Below are positions 1 to 11,168 of a stretch of 64,000 nucleotides of DNA, piece after piece; the first letter of the stretch is position 1; every line of letters begins with the position of its first letter. Source of the stretch: Eledone cirrhosa. Its lineage: Eukaryota. Position numbers and translations under genes: made by a program. Location: the NCBI GenBank assembly GCA_964016885.1, contig OZ024746.1, positions 21,762,001 to 21,826,000 of the forward strand. Direction: 5' to 3'. The notes below the pieces were generated by a model. That model was not told where the DNA came from. It saw only the letters and a list, made by a program, of their open reading frames with translations, and did no database searches.

Positions 1-844
1 ACATGTCCAGATTTCTCTTTCCTGCTTTTTGAAAAAAGGAGAAAAAAATCAATATTACTCACTAATATTCATTGATCTCAAGCATATTTAATCTTCACTT
101 AAATATTTTAATATTCCATGCATTAAAACTCTTTCCCCATTATAACTATGAAAAGGATTAATTATAAATCAGAGTAATTTACTGTATATTTTGTGTATAA
201 TATGATAAGTTTTGAATTAAAATTAAGAGATCATTATACATGAGTATATGTTTGCAAATATTTTTACTGAGCTTAAAAATAAACAATTGTTTACAACTGC
301 TAAACATTTGGTTGTTTTACATTCTTCCACTGGGATTTCTTGGCACTTCTTCACTCAACAATCATCATCCATGTGTAGAAATTGTAAGGCCAGGGAGACT
401 ATTTTAGTCTTGCCAAATACAAAACCACCTTTTTAATAATGGGACTCTCAGTAAGCTTTGTAACTTGGTTGGTGTTAGGAGTGTCTGTCTTGCCATAGAA
501 TCCATGACCAAAATCTAATATGTGACATGCAAGATGTGACCATATTTAAAAGATCAGTAACTCTAAATAAAAATTGACCTGAACTGGGACAACACATTCA
601 ACCTTTAGCAACTTATAAACAGATGTAAAAATTATGATCATGATGCAATCTTAAATGAATTGCGTCGGGGGGCAGGGGCATAAAAAGAAAAAACAAGCTG
701 TTAGTGGTTGGAACAGGACACAATTGACTCATAGAAGGTCAGCTAAACATACATAGGTATAAGCTGTAACAACATGATAGGATTGAATCTCCTTTCATTA
801 AAATACTCAAAAAATCTTTTATGAGATACAACCTCATAGGTGGT

Positions 845-1940
845 GAGCTGAACCTACATGGATGTGAGCTAAACCTACATGGATGTGAGCTGAACCTACA
901 TGGATGTGAGCTGAACCTACATGGATGTGAGCTAAACCTACATGGATGTGAGCTGAACCTACATGGATGTGAGCTAAACCTACATGGATGTGAGCTGAAC
1001 CTACATGGATGTGAGCTAAACCTACATGGATGTGAGCTGAACCTACATGGATGTGAGCTAAACCTACATGGATGTGAGCTAAACCTACATGGATGTGAGC
1101 TGAACCTACATGGATGTGAGCTAAACCTACATGGATGTGAGCTAAACCTACATGGATGTGAGCTGAACCTACATGGATGTGAGCTAAACCTACATGGATG
1201 TGAGCTGAACCTACATGGATGTGAGCTAAACCTACATGGATGTGAGCTAAACCTACATGGATGTGAGCTGAACCTACATGGATGTGAGCTAAACCTACAT
1301 GGATGTGAGCTAAACCTACATGGATGTGAGCTGAACCTACATGGATGTGAGCTAAACCTACATGGATGTGAGCTAAACCTACATGGATGTGAGCTGAACC
1401 TACATGGATGTGAGCTAAACCTACATGGATGTGAGCTGAACCTACATGGATGTGAGCTGAACCTACATGGATGTGAGCTGAACCTACATGGATGTGAGCT
1501 AAACCTACATGGATGTGAGCTGAACCTACATGGATGTGAGCTAAACCTACATGGATGTGAGCTAAACCTACATGGATGTGAGCTGAACCTACATGGATGT
1601 GAGCTAAACCTACATGGATGTGAGCTAAACCTACATGGATGTGAGCTAAACCTACATGGATGTGAGCTGAACCTACATGGATGTGAGCTGAACCTACATG
1701 GATGTGAGCTAAACCTACATGGATGTGAGCTGAACCTACATGGATGTGAGCTAAACCTACATGGATGTGAGCTAAACCTACATGGATGTGAGCTGAACCT
1801 ACATGGATGTGAGCTAAACCTACATGGATGTGAGCTAAACCTACATGGATGTGAGCTAAACCTACATGGATGTGAGCTGAACCTACATGGATGTGAGCTG
1901 AACCTACATGGATGTGAGCTGAACCTACATGGATGTGAGT
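845..1940. repeat. 21-bp minisatellite (GAGCTRAACCTACATGGATGT), ~52 copies
   Basis: Near-perfect tandem array with one A/G variant position; source of ORFs 739..2016, 821..1945 and 834..1973. Confidence 0.97.
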
Positions 1941-1954
1941 TATAACAACGACTT

Positions 1955-2385
1955 GATAGAACTGGGGCCTCAATTATCAAAACACCCAAGAAACCTCCTG
2001 TGAGACACAACCACAAAGGAACTCAACTAAACTTACATAGGTGTGAGATGTAGCAACAAGAACATGATAGAACTGGGCCCTCAATTATCAAAACACCCAA
2101 GAAACCTCCTGTGAGACACAACCACAAAGGAACTCAACTAAACTTACATAGGTGTGAGATGTAGCAACAAGAACATGATAGAACTGGGCCCTCAATTATC
2201 AAAACACCCAAGAAACCTCCTGTGAGACACAACCACAAAGGAACTCAACTAAACTTACATAGGTGTGAGATGTAGCAACAACAACATGTTAGAACTGGGG
2301 CCCCTATCATTAAAACATCCAAGAAACCTCCTACGAGACACAACCACAAAGGTGGTCATCTAAACCTATAGACATGCAAGCTGTA
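1955..2385. repeat. 111-bp tandem repeat, ~3.8 copies
   Basis: GATAGAACTGG recurs at 1955, 2066, 2177 and (as GTTAG) 2288. Confidence 0.93.
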
Positions 2386-2584
2386 AAAGTCATTCTTTCA
2401 GGTCTGGTGGATGAAAGCTGACATGGAGTTAAACAATATAATCATCATCAACGACAACAATATAATCATCAACAACAACAGTGAATGCAATAGACTATTG
2501 TGAAGTGTTTCAATACTGACTTGAACATTTAAATCAATCAATTAGGAGATAATCCCCCTCTTCATCTGATGTGTTCAATAACGC

Positions 2585-3596
2585 CCCACTACCACCACCA
2601 CCACCACCTCCACCACTGCCACCACCATCCACACAACCACCACCACCACCCACACAACCATCGCCACCACCAACAACAATATGTATGTATGTGTATGTAT
2701 GTATATATGTATGTATGTGTGTGTATGTATGGGTGTATGTGTGTATGTATGTGTGTGTATGTATGTATATACATACATATATATATATATATATATATGT
2801 GTGTATGTGTGTGTGCATCTCTTTGCTTTTATATATGTATATGTATGTGATGGTGGTGGTGGTGGTGGTGACGGTGTGTGGCGGCGGCGGCGGCGGTGGT
2901 GGTGGTGGTGGTGATGATGATGGCGGTGGTGGTGGTGGTGGCAGTGCTAATGGTGGTGGTGGTGGTGGTGGTGGTGATGGCAGTGCTGGTGGTTGTGATG
3001 GCAGTGGTGGTGGTGGTGGTGGTGGTGGCAGTGATGGTGGTGGTGGTGGTGATGGCAGTGCTGGTGGTGGTGGTGGTGGTGGCAGTGCTAGTGGTGGTGG
3101 TGGTGATGGCAGTGCTGGTGGTGGTGGTGGTGATGGCAGTGGTGGTGGTGGTGGTGGTGATGGCAGTGCTGGTGGTGGTGGTGGTGATGGCAGTGGTGGT
3201 GGTGGTGGTGGTGATGGCAGTGCTGGTGGTGGTGGTGGTGATGGCAGTGCTGGTGGTGGTGGTGGCGGTGGCAGTGATGGTGGTGGTGGTGGTGGTGATG
3301 GCAGTGGTGGTGGTGGTGGTGATGGCAGTGCTGGTGGTGGTGGTGATGGCAGTGCTGGTGGCGGTGGTGGTTGTGATGGCAGTGCTGGTGGTGGTGGTGG
3401 TGGTGGCAGTGGTGGTGGTGGTGGTGGTGATGGCAGTGCTGGTGGTGGTGGTGGTGATGGCAGTGCTGGTGGTGGTGGTGGCGGTGGCAGTGGTGGTGGT
3501 GGTGGTGGTGGTGATGGCAGTGCTGGTGGTGGTGGTGGTTGTGATGGCAGTGCTGCTGGTGGTGGTGGTGGTGGTGGTGGTGGTGGTGGTGGTGAT
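2585..3596. repeat. Compound microsatellite: (CCA)n, (TATG/TA/TG)n, then (GGT)n with GATGGCAGTGCT interruptions
   Basis: Directly visible; explains the Pro, Gly and Val-rich ORFs here. Confidence 0.95.
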
Positions 3597-3754
3597 GTTA
3601 CAATTAATCTAATAGGATTACAGAACTATATAAAATATTGTTATTTGTCAGCCCTCCAGGTACTACACACCTTTTGATATTTACTTTCCTCTCATCTTTC
3701 TACTTGACATGTTTCTTTTGTAGAAGCTGACCCCATCCTCCAACCAATCGATTA

Positions 3755-4145
3755 AATTCACCCAGTCCACTCTGTAAAATGGTAGTGCTGATATCATAAT
3801 AAAATACACCCAATCCACTCTGTAAAGTGGTAGTGCTGATGCCACAATAAAATACACCCAATCCACTCTGTAAAGTGGTAGTGCTGATGCCACAATAAAA
3901 TACACCCAATCCACTCTGTAAAGTGGTAGTGCTGATGCCACAATAAAATTCACCTAATACACTCTGTAAAGTGGTAGTGCTGAAGTCATGATAAAATACA
4001 CTCAGTTCATTTCGTAAAGTAGTACTGCTGGTGTCATAACAGAATGCATCTAGTTCACTTTACTGAGTGAATTGGGTGCATTTTATTGTGGCATCAGCAC
4101 TAACACTTTATAGAGTGGATTGGGTGCAGTTTATTGTGGTACCAA
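3755..4145. repeat. 48-bp minisatellite with terminal inverted copies
   Basis: AAAATACACCCAATCCACTCTGTAAAGTGGTAGTGCTGATGCCACAAT with period 48; reverse-complement copies at ~4066-4145. Confidence 0.88.
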
Positions 4146-4363
4146 TAGTAGTGAGGCTATCACATGCCAGGCCAGACTGGAGAGTCCTCACTAATCCTAT
4201 TTTATCGACCCTGTAAGGGTGAAAGGCAAAGCTAACTCAAGATGTAAAGGACCATAATTCTATGCTGCCAAGCATGCTGTCTGACACTCTACCGTTACTT
4301 CCAATATGTCACCCTTCTCGTGATGATAGTAATAACACTATAAAATATACAATATTTTTTCAG

Positions 4364-4515
4364 GAACTCGATGCTTTACAACTCTATCCATATGAAATCA
4401 TCTCTAAAAAGCTGTATTTGTGTAAAGAATCTCTGGCAAGTCAAGCTTATGTTATTAAAGATCTGAAGATTACTGCTTTCCTTAACTGTACAGAAGATGT
4501 CCTTCCTGTACCAGA
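4364..4515 (+). CDS. STYXL1: STYXL1/MK-STYX-like pseudophosphatase, internal coding exon (start of DUSP domain); upstream exons lie outside the window
   Basis: ttttcAG acceptor, GTAAGT donor, 152 nt, phase 0 to 2. Encodes ELDALQLYPYEIISKKLYLCKESLASQAYVIKDLKITAFLNCTEDVLPVP(E), resembling human STYXL1 ELDAFQPYPIEI...KDLKI as recalled. Confidence 0.88.
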
Positions 4516-4738
4516 GTAAGTAAACAATCTCTTAAAGGTCCCTACTGTCCTTAACTGTACAGAAGATATCCAGGTCCCTACTGTCCTTAACTGTACAGAA
4601 GATGTCCAGGTCCCTACTGCTCTTAACTATACAGATGATGTCCTCCCTGTACCCCAGTAAGTGAATATCTTAAAGGTCTCTACTGCCCTTAATTGTACAT
4701 AAGCTGTCCTCCCTGTATCCCACTAAGTAAACTATCTC
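4484..4738 (+). repeat. Tandem copies of the STYXL1 exon 3' end and donor site
   Basis: CTTAACTGTACAGAAGATGTCC recurs 5 times; two downstream copies include the donor region. Confidence 0.85.
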
Positions 4739-4749
4739 ATACATGAACA

Positions 4750-5372
4750 GTAACATACTGTATATACCATATCTCATATATACCTCCATATACACCTCTA
4801 TCATCTCATATATATTAGCTTCTAACATACTGTATATACCTCCATATACACCACTATTATCTCATATATATTAGCTTCTAACATATTGTATATACCTCCA
4901 TATACACCACTATCATCTCATATATATTAGCTTCTAACATACTGTATATACCTCCATATACACCACTATTATCTCATATATATTAGCTTCTAACATACTG
5001 TATATACCTCCATATACACCTCTGTCATATCATATATATTAGCTTCTAACATACTGTATATACCTCCATATACACCACTATCATCTCATATATATTAGCT
5101 TCTAACATACTGTATATACCTCCATATACACCACTATTATCTCATATATATTAGCTTCTAACATATTGTATATACCTCCATATACACCACGATCATCTCA
5201 TATATATTAGCTTCTAACATACTGTATATACCTCCATATACACCACTATTATCTCATATATATTAGCTTCTAACATATTGTATATACCTCCACATACACC
5301 TCTGTCATATCATATATATTAGCTTCTAACATACTGTATATACCTCCATATACACCTCTATCATCTCATACA
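4750..5372. repeat. 56-bp minisatellite, ~11 copies (second array ~8050-8393)
   Basis: ATCTCATATATATTAGCTTCTAACATACTGTATATACCTCCATATACACCACTATT with period 56. Confidence 0.93.
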
Positions 5373-5691
5373 GGTTGGCTTCTTTATTTTACTTCTTTTG
5401 TTAATGTTTTTGTTGTTTTTCCTGTCAATACCAGCACATAACCTGTTGTATAATGGACAGAATAAGTAATATTTCCTTTCTTCACCAAATTGTAATGAAA
5501 CTATGTTTAGAGTAACTGATGAATTTTGTGAAGAGAAATGGAATGAGATGATTGGGTCATGTGTTGAGGAAGGATTAAAGTTACTGGGTGAGAGGAATGG
5601 AGTAAGTGATAAATATTGTGAAGAGAAATGAATTAAATGGCTAGGGCATATGTTGCAGGAGGACATACTTTAGCAGGGAAAATTGCCTTAA

Positions 5692-5899
5692 CCATTTAGC
5701 ATTTACATTACTCTATATTTATTATTGTATTTTTTACAGTAAAGGCTTTATCTCACATAATATTTAATATATGAGATTTCGATATTATTTATTTTGAGAA
5801 CAATATCTTAACATAAGTTTGAGTGGCCAGTTACGGCTGGTTTGAACAGAAAGAGGTGAGAGAATCTGACCGGGTACAGCCGGTTTAAATGCTAAAGGG
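5692..5899. mobile_element. 208-bp piggyBac-like MITE (TTAA TSD)
   Basis: TTAA|CCATTTAGCATTT...AAATGCTAAAGGG|TTAA. Empty site in the duplicate at ~8715; other copies at 11358-11674, ~12900-13115 (partial) and 35635-35842. Confidence 0.85.
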
Positions 5900-7304
5900 T
5901 TAAAACATTTGTATTGTTTATTTTATTTTTCTCACAGTGTATACTAGGTTGAACCTTGAATTGCTTGAAGTTGGATATTGATTTTTATTTCTCTGGATCC
6001 AGTTTAAGAAAGTTTTACTGATTTATCCGCTTGTTATGTTACTTCTGAAATAGCTTATGTGAATATCTTTTTATTGATGGCTGGTATAAATCTATAAGTT
6101 TGTTTAATGGGACATTGCATGTTAGAACGTGATTCTATCATTTACAGTTTAACTTTGAGAGCAGTGATGCATAAGAGCTTTCAGAATTTGACCCACAAAA
6201 TTCTCGAGGGAAACTTCATGAACCACCAAATAATAAATTACTTTGAATAGCATTGTAATACACAGTAGAATATGAATATTATAGAATGAAAAATCAATCA
6301 TCATCATCATCATCGTTGTTGTCAGCCATCATCATCATCATCACCACCATCCTCAATTTCCTCCTCCCCTCCTCAACCTCCTCATCATCATCATCATCAT
6401 CATCGTCGTCCTACTCCACCTCTTCAGCTACATCACCATCATCAGCATCATCGTCCTACTCCACCTCTTCCTCTACATCATCATTACCATCATCAACATC
6501 GTCCTCCTCCACCTCTTCCTCATCATCATCATCATCGTCATCATCATCGACATCACTGTTTTACATATATTTTCCATGCTTGCATGGTATTTTATTTCCA
6601 ATACATTATTGATATTTTATTTTATTGACCCTGTAAGGATCAAAGGCAAAACTAACCTCGGCAGAATTTGAACTCAGAACGTAAAGGGTTGTAACTCTAT
6701 GTCCAAGGATTTTAGTGTTCTAAAATTTCATAGTCTGACCAAGATACTCTCATGGAATAACCAATTGAAGTTTACTTTTCATCATAGTCCCTGGTAAAAA
6801 ACACAATACAGTTATTAATAAGAACAGTTGAAATTAATGTATGCAACATTCCACATCATTCTTTTATAGTCAGCCTATAACTTTTTAGCTGACCCTCGTA
6901 TATGCTGTGAGTATTGGGTTTAGAATAGTTACACCATATCCCTGTGTGTTGTACGATGTTACTAAAAGGGTTGGCACCTAGAAGGGGACCATAAAGGGCA
7001 CCAGGAAAGGTCTCTAACTGTAAAAAGATTGTCTTAAAAAGTTCCCTATGGTGAGTATAAAACCTGTTGTGGGGCTCCTGCTTCAACAGAGGAAATCGTC
7101 TTAAAACATTTGTGTATTTTGTATTTAATCTTCTACAATTTCATCCAACCAGCTCCAATATTTGAGGGTATCTCTTATATGCTTTTACTATTTCCAGCTA
7201 ACGAGTCAAGGCCATGCTGGGGCATCATATGTCTTGTATTTATAGACATTTTCTTTACTAACTATTCTTTGCTAATTCCTAAAACAAATAATTTTTTTTT
7301 CCAG

Positions 7305-7390
7305 GTTTACCACTGTATTCCTTGTTGGGGAACCTGACAACTACACTACCGACTTATATCCATATTTTCAACAATGTGTTGATTTCATAG
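7305..7390 (+). CDS. STYXL1: STYXL1-like coding exon
   Basis: T-tract ccAG acceptor, GTTAGT donor, 86 nt, phase 2 to 1, fits both neighbours. Encodes FTTVFLVGEPDNYTTDLYPYFQQCVDFI(D), a DUSP D-loop and helix pattern. Confidence 0.85.
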
Positions 7391-7619
7391 GTTAGTGACA
7401 GCTGCTTCATTCACTCACTTATTTCTTTCTATCTTTCTTTCTTTATTTATTTATTTTCTTTCTTTCTTTTCTTTCTTTCTTTCTTTTTCTTTTCTTTTCT
7501 TTCTTTCTTTCTTTCTTTTCTTTGTCCACATATTACTACTATGATAAAACTACTCTTACTTAGATTTTCTTAGAAGCTCCCATGTCTTGAGACACATGAG
7601 GGAGTCTGGACAATCCAGT

Positions 7620-7870
7620 CTTTCCTATCTCCAACCAGGGCAGGTACATCCTTCTATTCTTTGTTCACCAGTTGTAGATCTTACACAATGAGCTAGTGCC
7701 AATTCATTTTAAGTCTTCCTCACTTTCTTTTGCCTCCCATAACCCAGTGCAAAGTTTGGTTGACTGTTCCTGTTTGTGTCAGTCTGGAAAGGTGTCCAAA
7801 CCAGCTAAGGTGACTTTTACAGATTTTTTTTACAATACTGGCTGCTGACCTGTTCATTTCCTGATTTCTA
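7620..7870 (-). mobile_element. RTE-type LINE 3' ORF fragment, degenerate
   Basis: HLSWFGHLSRL...GKRK resembles the RTE C-terminal L.W.GH..R and G.R..GR motifs. Confidence 0.6.
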
Positions 7871-8039
7871 TATTTTATAGCAATAGATAAATCAAAATAT
7901 CTCAGTATCAATATACAAAATAACTGAAATATAGTACTCTCCTCTTTACTTTATACATTTATTTTGTATCCCATTTGGTGAACAATAATGGAAACACATC
8001 ATGGCTGAAACCAGGATAAATATCAGCCTAATGAGTCTC

Positions 8040-9863
8040 ATACATTAGCAGTAACATATTGTATATATCCATATACACCACTATTATCTCATATATATTG
8101 GCTTCTAACATATTGTATATACCTCCATATCTCATATATATATATCCATATACACCACTATTATCTCATATATATTAGCTTCTAACATATTGTATATACC
8201 TCCATATACACCTCTATCATCTCATATATATTAGCTTCTAACATACTGTATATACCTCCATATACACCTCTGTCATATCATATATATTAGCTTCTAACAT
8301 ACTGTATATACCTCCATATACACCTCTGTCATATCATATATATTAGCTTCTAACATACTGTATATACCTCCATATACACCTCTATCATCTCATACAGGTT
8401 GGCTTCTTTATTTTACTTCTTTTGTTAATGTTTTTCTGTTGTTTTTCCTGTCAATACCAGCACATAACCTGTTGTATAATGGACAGAATAAGTAATATTT
8501 CCTTTCTTCACCAAATTGTAATGAAACTATGTTTAGAGTAACTGATGAATTTTGTGAAGAGAAATGGAATGAGATGATTGGGTCATGTGTTGAGGAAGGA
8601 TTAAAGTTACTGGGTGAGAGGAATGGAGTAAGTGATAAATATTGTGAAGAGAAATGAAATGAAATGGCTAGGGCATATGTTGCAGGAGGACATACTTTAG
8701 CAGGGAAAATTGCTTTAAAACATTTGTATTGTTTATTTTATTTTTCTCACGGTGTATACTAGGCTTAACCTTGAATTGCTTGAAGTTGGATATTGATTTT
8801 TATTTCTCTGGATCCAGTTTAAGAAAGTTTTACTGATTTATCCGCTTGTTATGTTACTTCTGAAATAGCTTATGTGAATATCTTCTTATTGATGGCTGGT
8901 ATAAATCTATAAGTTTGTTTAATGGGACATTGCATGTTAGAACGTGATTCTATCATTTACAGTTTAACTTTGAGAGCAGTGATGCATAAGAGCTTTCAGA
9001 ATTTGACCCACAAAATTCTCGAGGGAAACTTCATGAACCACCAAATAATAAATTACTTTGAATAGCATTGTACTACACAGTAGAATATGAATATTATAAA
9101 ATGATAATCAATCAATCATCATCATCATCATCATCATCATTGTCCTCATCCTCATCCTCCTACTCCTGCTCCTCCTCGCATCATCACCATTGTCATCGTC
9201 ATCATCATCACCACCATCCTGCACCTCATCATCATCATCATCATCATCGTCGTCGTCCTACTCCACCTCTTCCGCTACATCACCATCATCATCATCATCG
9301 TCCTACTCCACCTCTTCCGCTACATCACCATCATCATCATCATCGTCCTACTCCACCTCTTCCGCTACATCACCATCATCATCATCATCGTCCTACTCCA
9401 CCTCTTCCTCTACATCACCATCATCATCATCATCGTCCTCCTCGACCTCTTCCTCATCATCATCATCATCATCGTCATCATCATCGACATCACTGTTTTA
9501 CATATATTTTCCATGCTTGCATGGTATTTTATTTCCAATACATTATTGATATTTTATTTTATTGACCCTGTAAGGATGAAAGGCAAAGCTAACCTCGGCA
9601 GAATTTGAACTCAGAACGTAAAGGGCTGTAACTCTATGCCCAAGGATTTTAGTGTTCTAAAATTTCATAGTCTGACCAAGATACTCTCATGGAATAACCA
9701 ATTGAAGTTTACTTTTCATCATAGTCCCTGGTAAAAAACACAATACAGTTATTAATAAGAACAGTTGAAATTAATGTATGCAACATTCCACATCGTTCTT
9801 TTATAGTCAGCCTATAACTTTTTAGCTGACCCTCGTATATGCTGTGAGTATTGGGTTTAGAAT
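8040..9863 (+). repeat. ~1.8 kb direct duplicate of intronic segment ~4739-6926
   Basis: Long near-identical blocks (e.g. 5373-5687 vs 8394-8714; 5904-6290 vs 8719-9105; 6540-6926 vs 9477-9863), bracketed by CTAATGAGTCTC on both sides. Confidence 0.93.
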
Positions 9864-10128
9864 CTAATGAGTCTCTGGGTTTGAGTCAGAATTTAGACTT
9901 TAATAGGCTACTAATGCTCTTAACCTTCTAGACACTAGAGGTGCATTAAGTCACTGATAGAGTAATCTCCCCTTAACAGATAATGCAATGTCAAGGGAAG
10001 CAACTCATAAACATTTCTAGTGTTCTAAAGGTTAAGAAATAACATATGCATAAATATGTAAATCTATGGTCCTATTCCCAATTAAAAATATCATTCTGTA
10101 TTTTAATAATTTGTTTGTTTTTTGACAG

Positions 10129-10229
10129 ATGCAAATGAGATCATCCTTGCGTTTTCTGTCTTGGGAATCAGTCGCAGCATCACAATTGTGATAGCTTATC
10201 TCATATACAAGAAGCACATTTCACTTGAA
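10129..10229 (+). CDS. STYXL1: STYXL1-like coding exon carrying the degenerate PTP loop
   Basis: tttgacAG and GTAAGA, 101 nt, phase 1 to 0. Encodes ANEIILAFSVLGISRSITIVIAYLIYKKHISLE; FSxxGISRS replaces HCxxGxSRS, as in MK-STYX. Confidence 0.92.
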
Positions 10230-10374
10230 GTAAGAGGAAGATGTTTACTTTCAACATCATAAAGATTTAAAAACACAATCACTGCACATATCAATTAAAA
10301 TATCCTATAACTGACCCTTTCTAGTCTTGTGTAACATGTAATTAAAACTCTCACACTCACGCCTAACACCAGGT

Positions 10375-11107
10375 ATCACTCACACTCTCTACAGATGTCA
10401 GATATCATATTCAGTACAAATGTCAGGCTTCACTCACACTCTCTACAGATGTCTGATATCACATTCACTACAAATGTTAGGCTTCACTCACACTCTCTAC
10501 AGATGTCAGATATCACATTCAGTACAAATGTCAGGCTTCACTCACACTCTCTACAGATGTCAGATATCATATTCAGTACAAATGTCAGGCTTCACTCACA
10601 CTCTCTACAGATGTCAGATATCACATTCACTACAAATGTTAGGCTTCACTCACACTCTCTACAGATGTCAGATATCACATTCAGTACAAATGTCAGGCTT
10701 CACTCACACTCTCTACAGATGTCAGATATCATATTCAGTACAAATGTTAGGCTTCACTCACACTCACAACAGATGTCAGATATCACATTCACTACAAATG
10801 TTAGGCCTCACTCACACTCTCTACAGATGTCAGATATCATATTCAGTACAAATGTCAGGCTTCACTCACACTCTCTACAGATGTCAGATATCACATTCAC
10901 TACAAATGTTAGGCTTCGCTCACACTCTCTACAGATGTCAGATATCACATTCAGTACAAATGTCAGCCTTCACTCACACTCTCTACAGATGTCAGATATC
11001 ATATTCAGTACAAATGTTAGGCTTCACTCACACTCACAACAGATGTCAGATATCATATTCACTACAAATGTCAGGCTTCACTCACACTCTCTACAGATGT
11101 CAGGCCT
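10375..11107. repeat. 54-bp minisatellite, ~13.5 copies
   Basis: ACAGATGTCAGATATCAYATTCASTACAAATGTYAGGCTTCACTCACACTCTCT; source of ORFs 10395 and 10420. Confidence 0.95.
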
Positions 11108-11168
11108 TATTAGTTCATTTTAAAAATATCTATCCACATTTTGTTTTATCCTAGAAATCATTCTTTAA

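Noticed and set aside
845-1940. CRISPR-like array or 374-425 aa repeat proteins
   Set aside because: Units are contiguous with no spacers; the context is eukaryotic; the ORFs arise because a 21-bp unit lacks stops.
2571-3677. Pro/Gly-rich structural protein ORF (368 aa)
   Set aside because: Made entirely of CCA, TATG and GGT microsatellites; several overlapping frames are open; no splice or codon evidence.
4725-6932. Terminal inverted repeats around the duplication donor (GTAAACTAT / ATAGTTAC)
   Set aside because: Short and AT-rich; the left arm is explained by the exon-donor-derived repeat.
9068-9565. His-rich and Ser-rich ORFs (also 6286..6612)
   Set aside because: Translations of CAT/CCT microsatellites within the duplicated intron segment.
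10395-11154. 18-aa repeat ORFs (and 10-aa repeat ORFs at 52512-52949)
   Set aside because: Minisatellite artefacts within introns of genes whose exons already join in frame.
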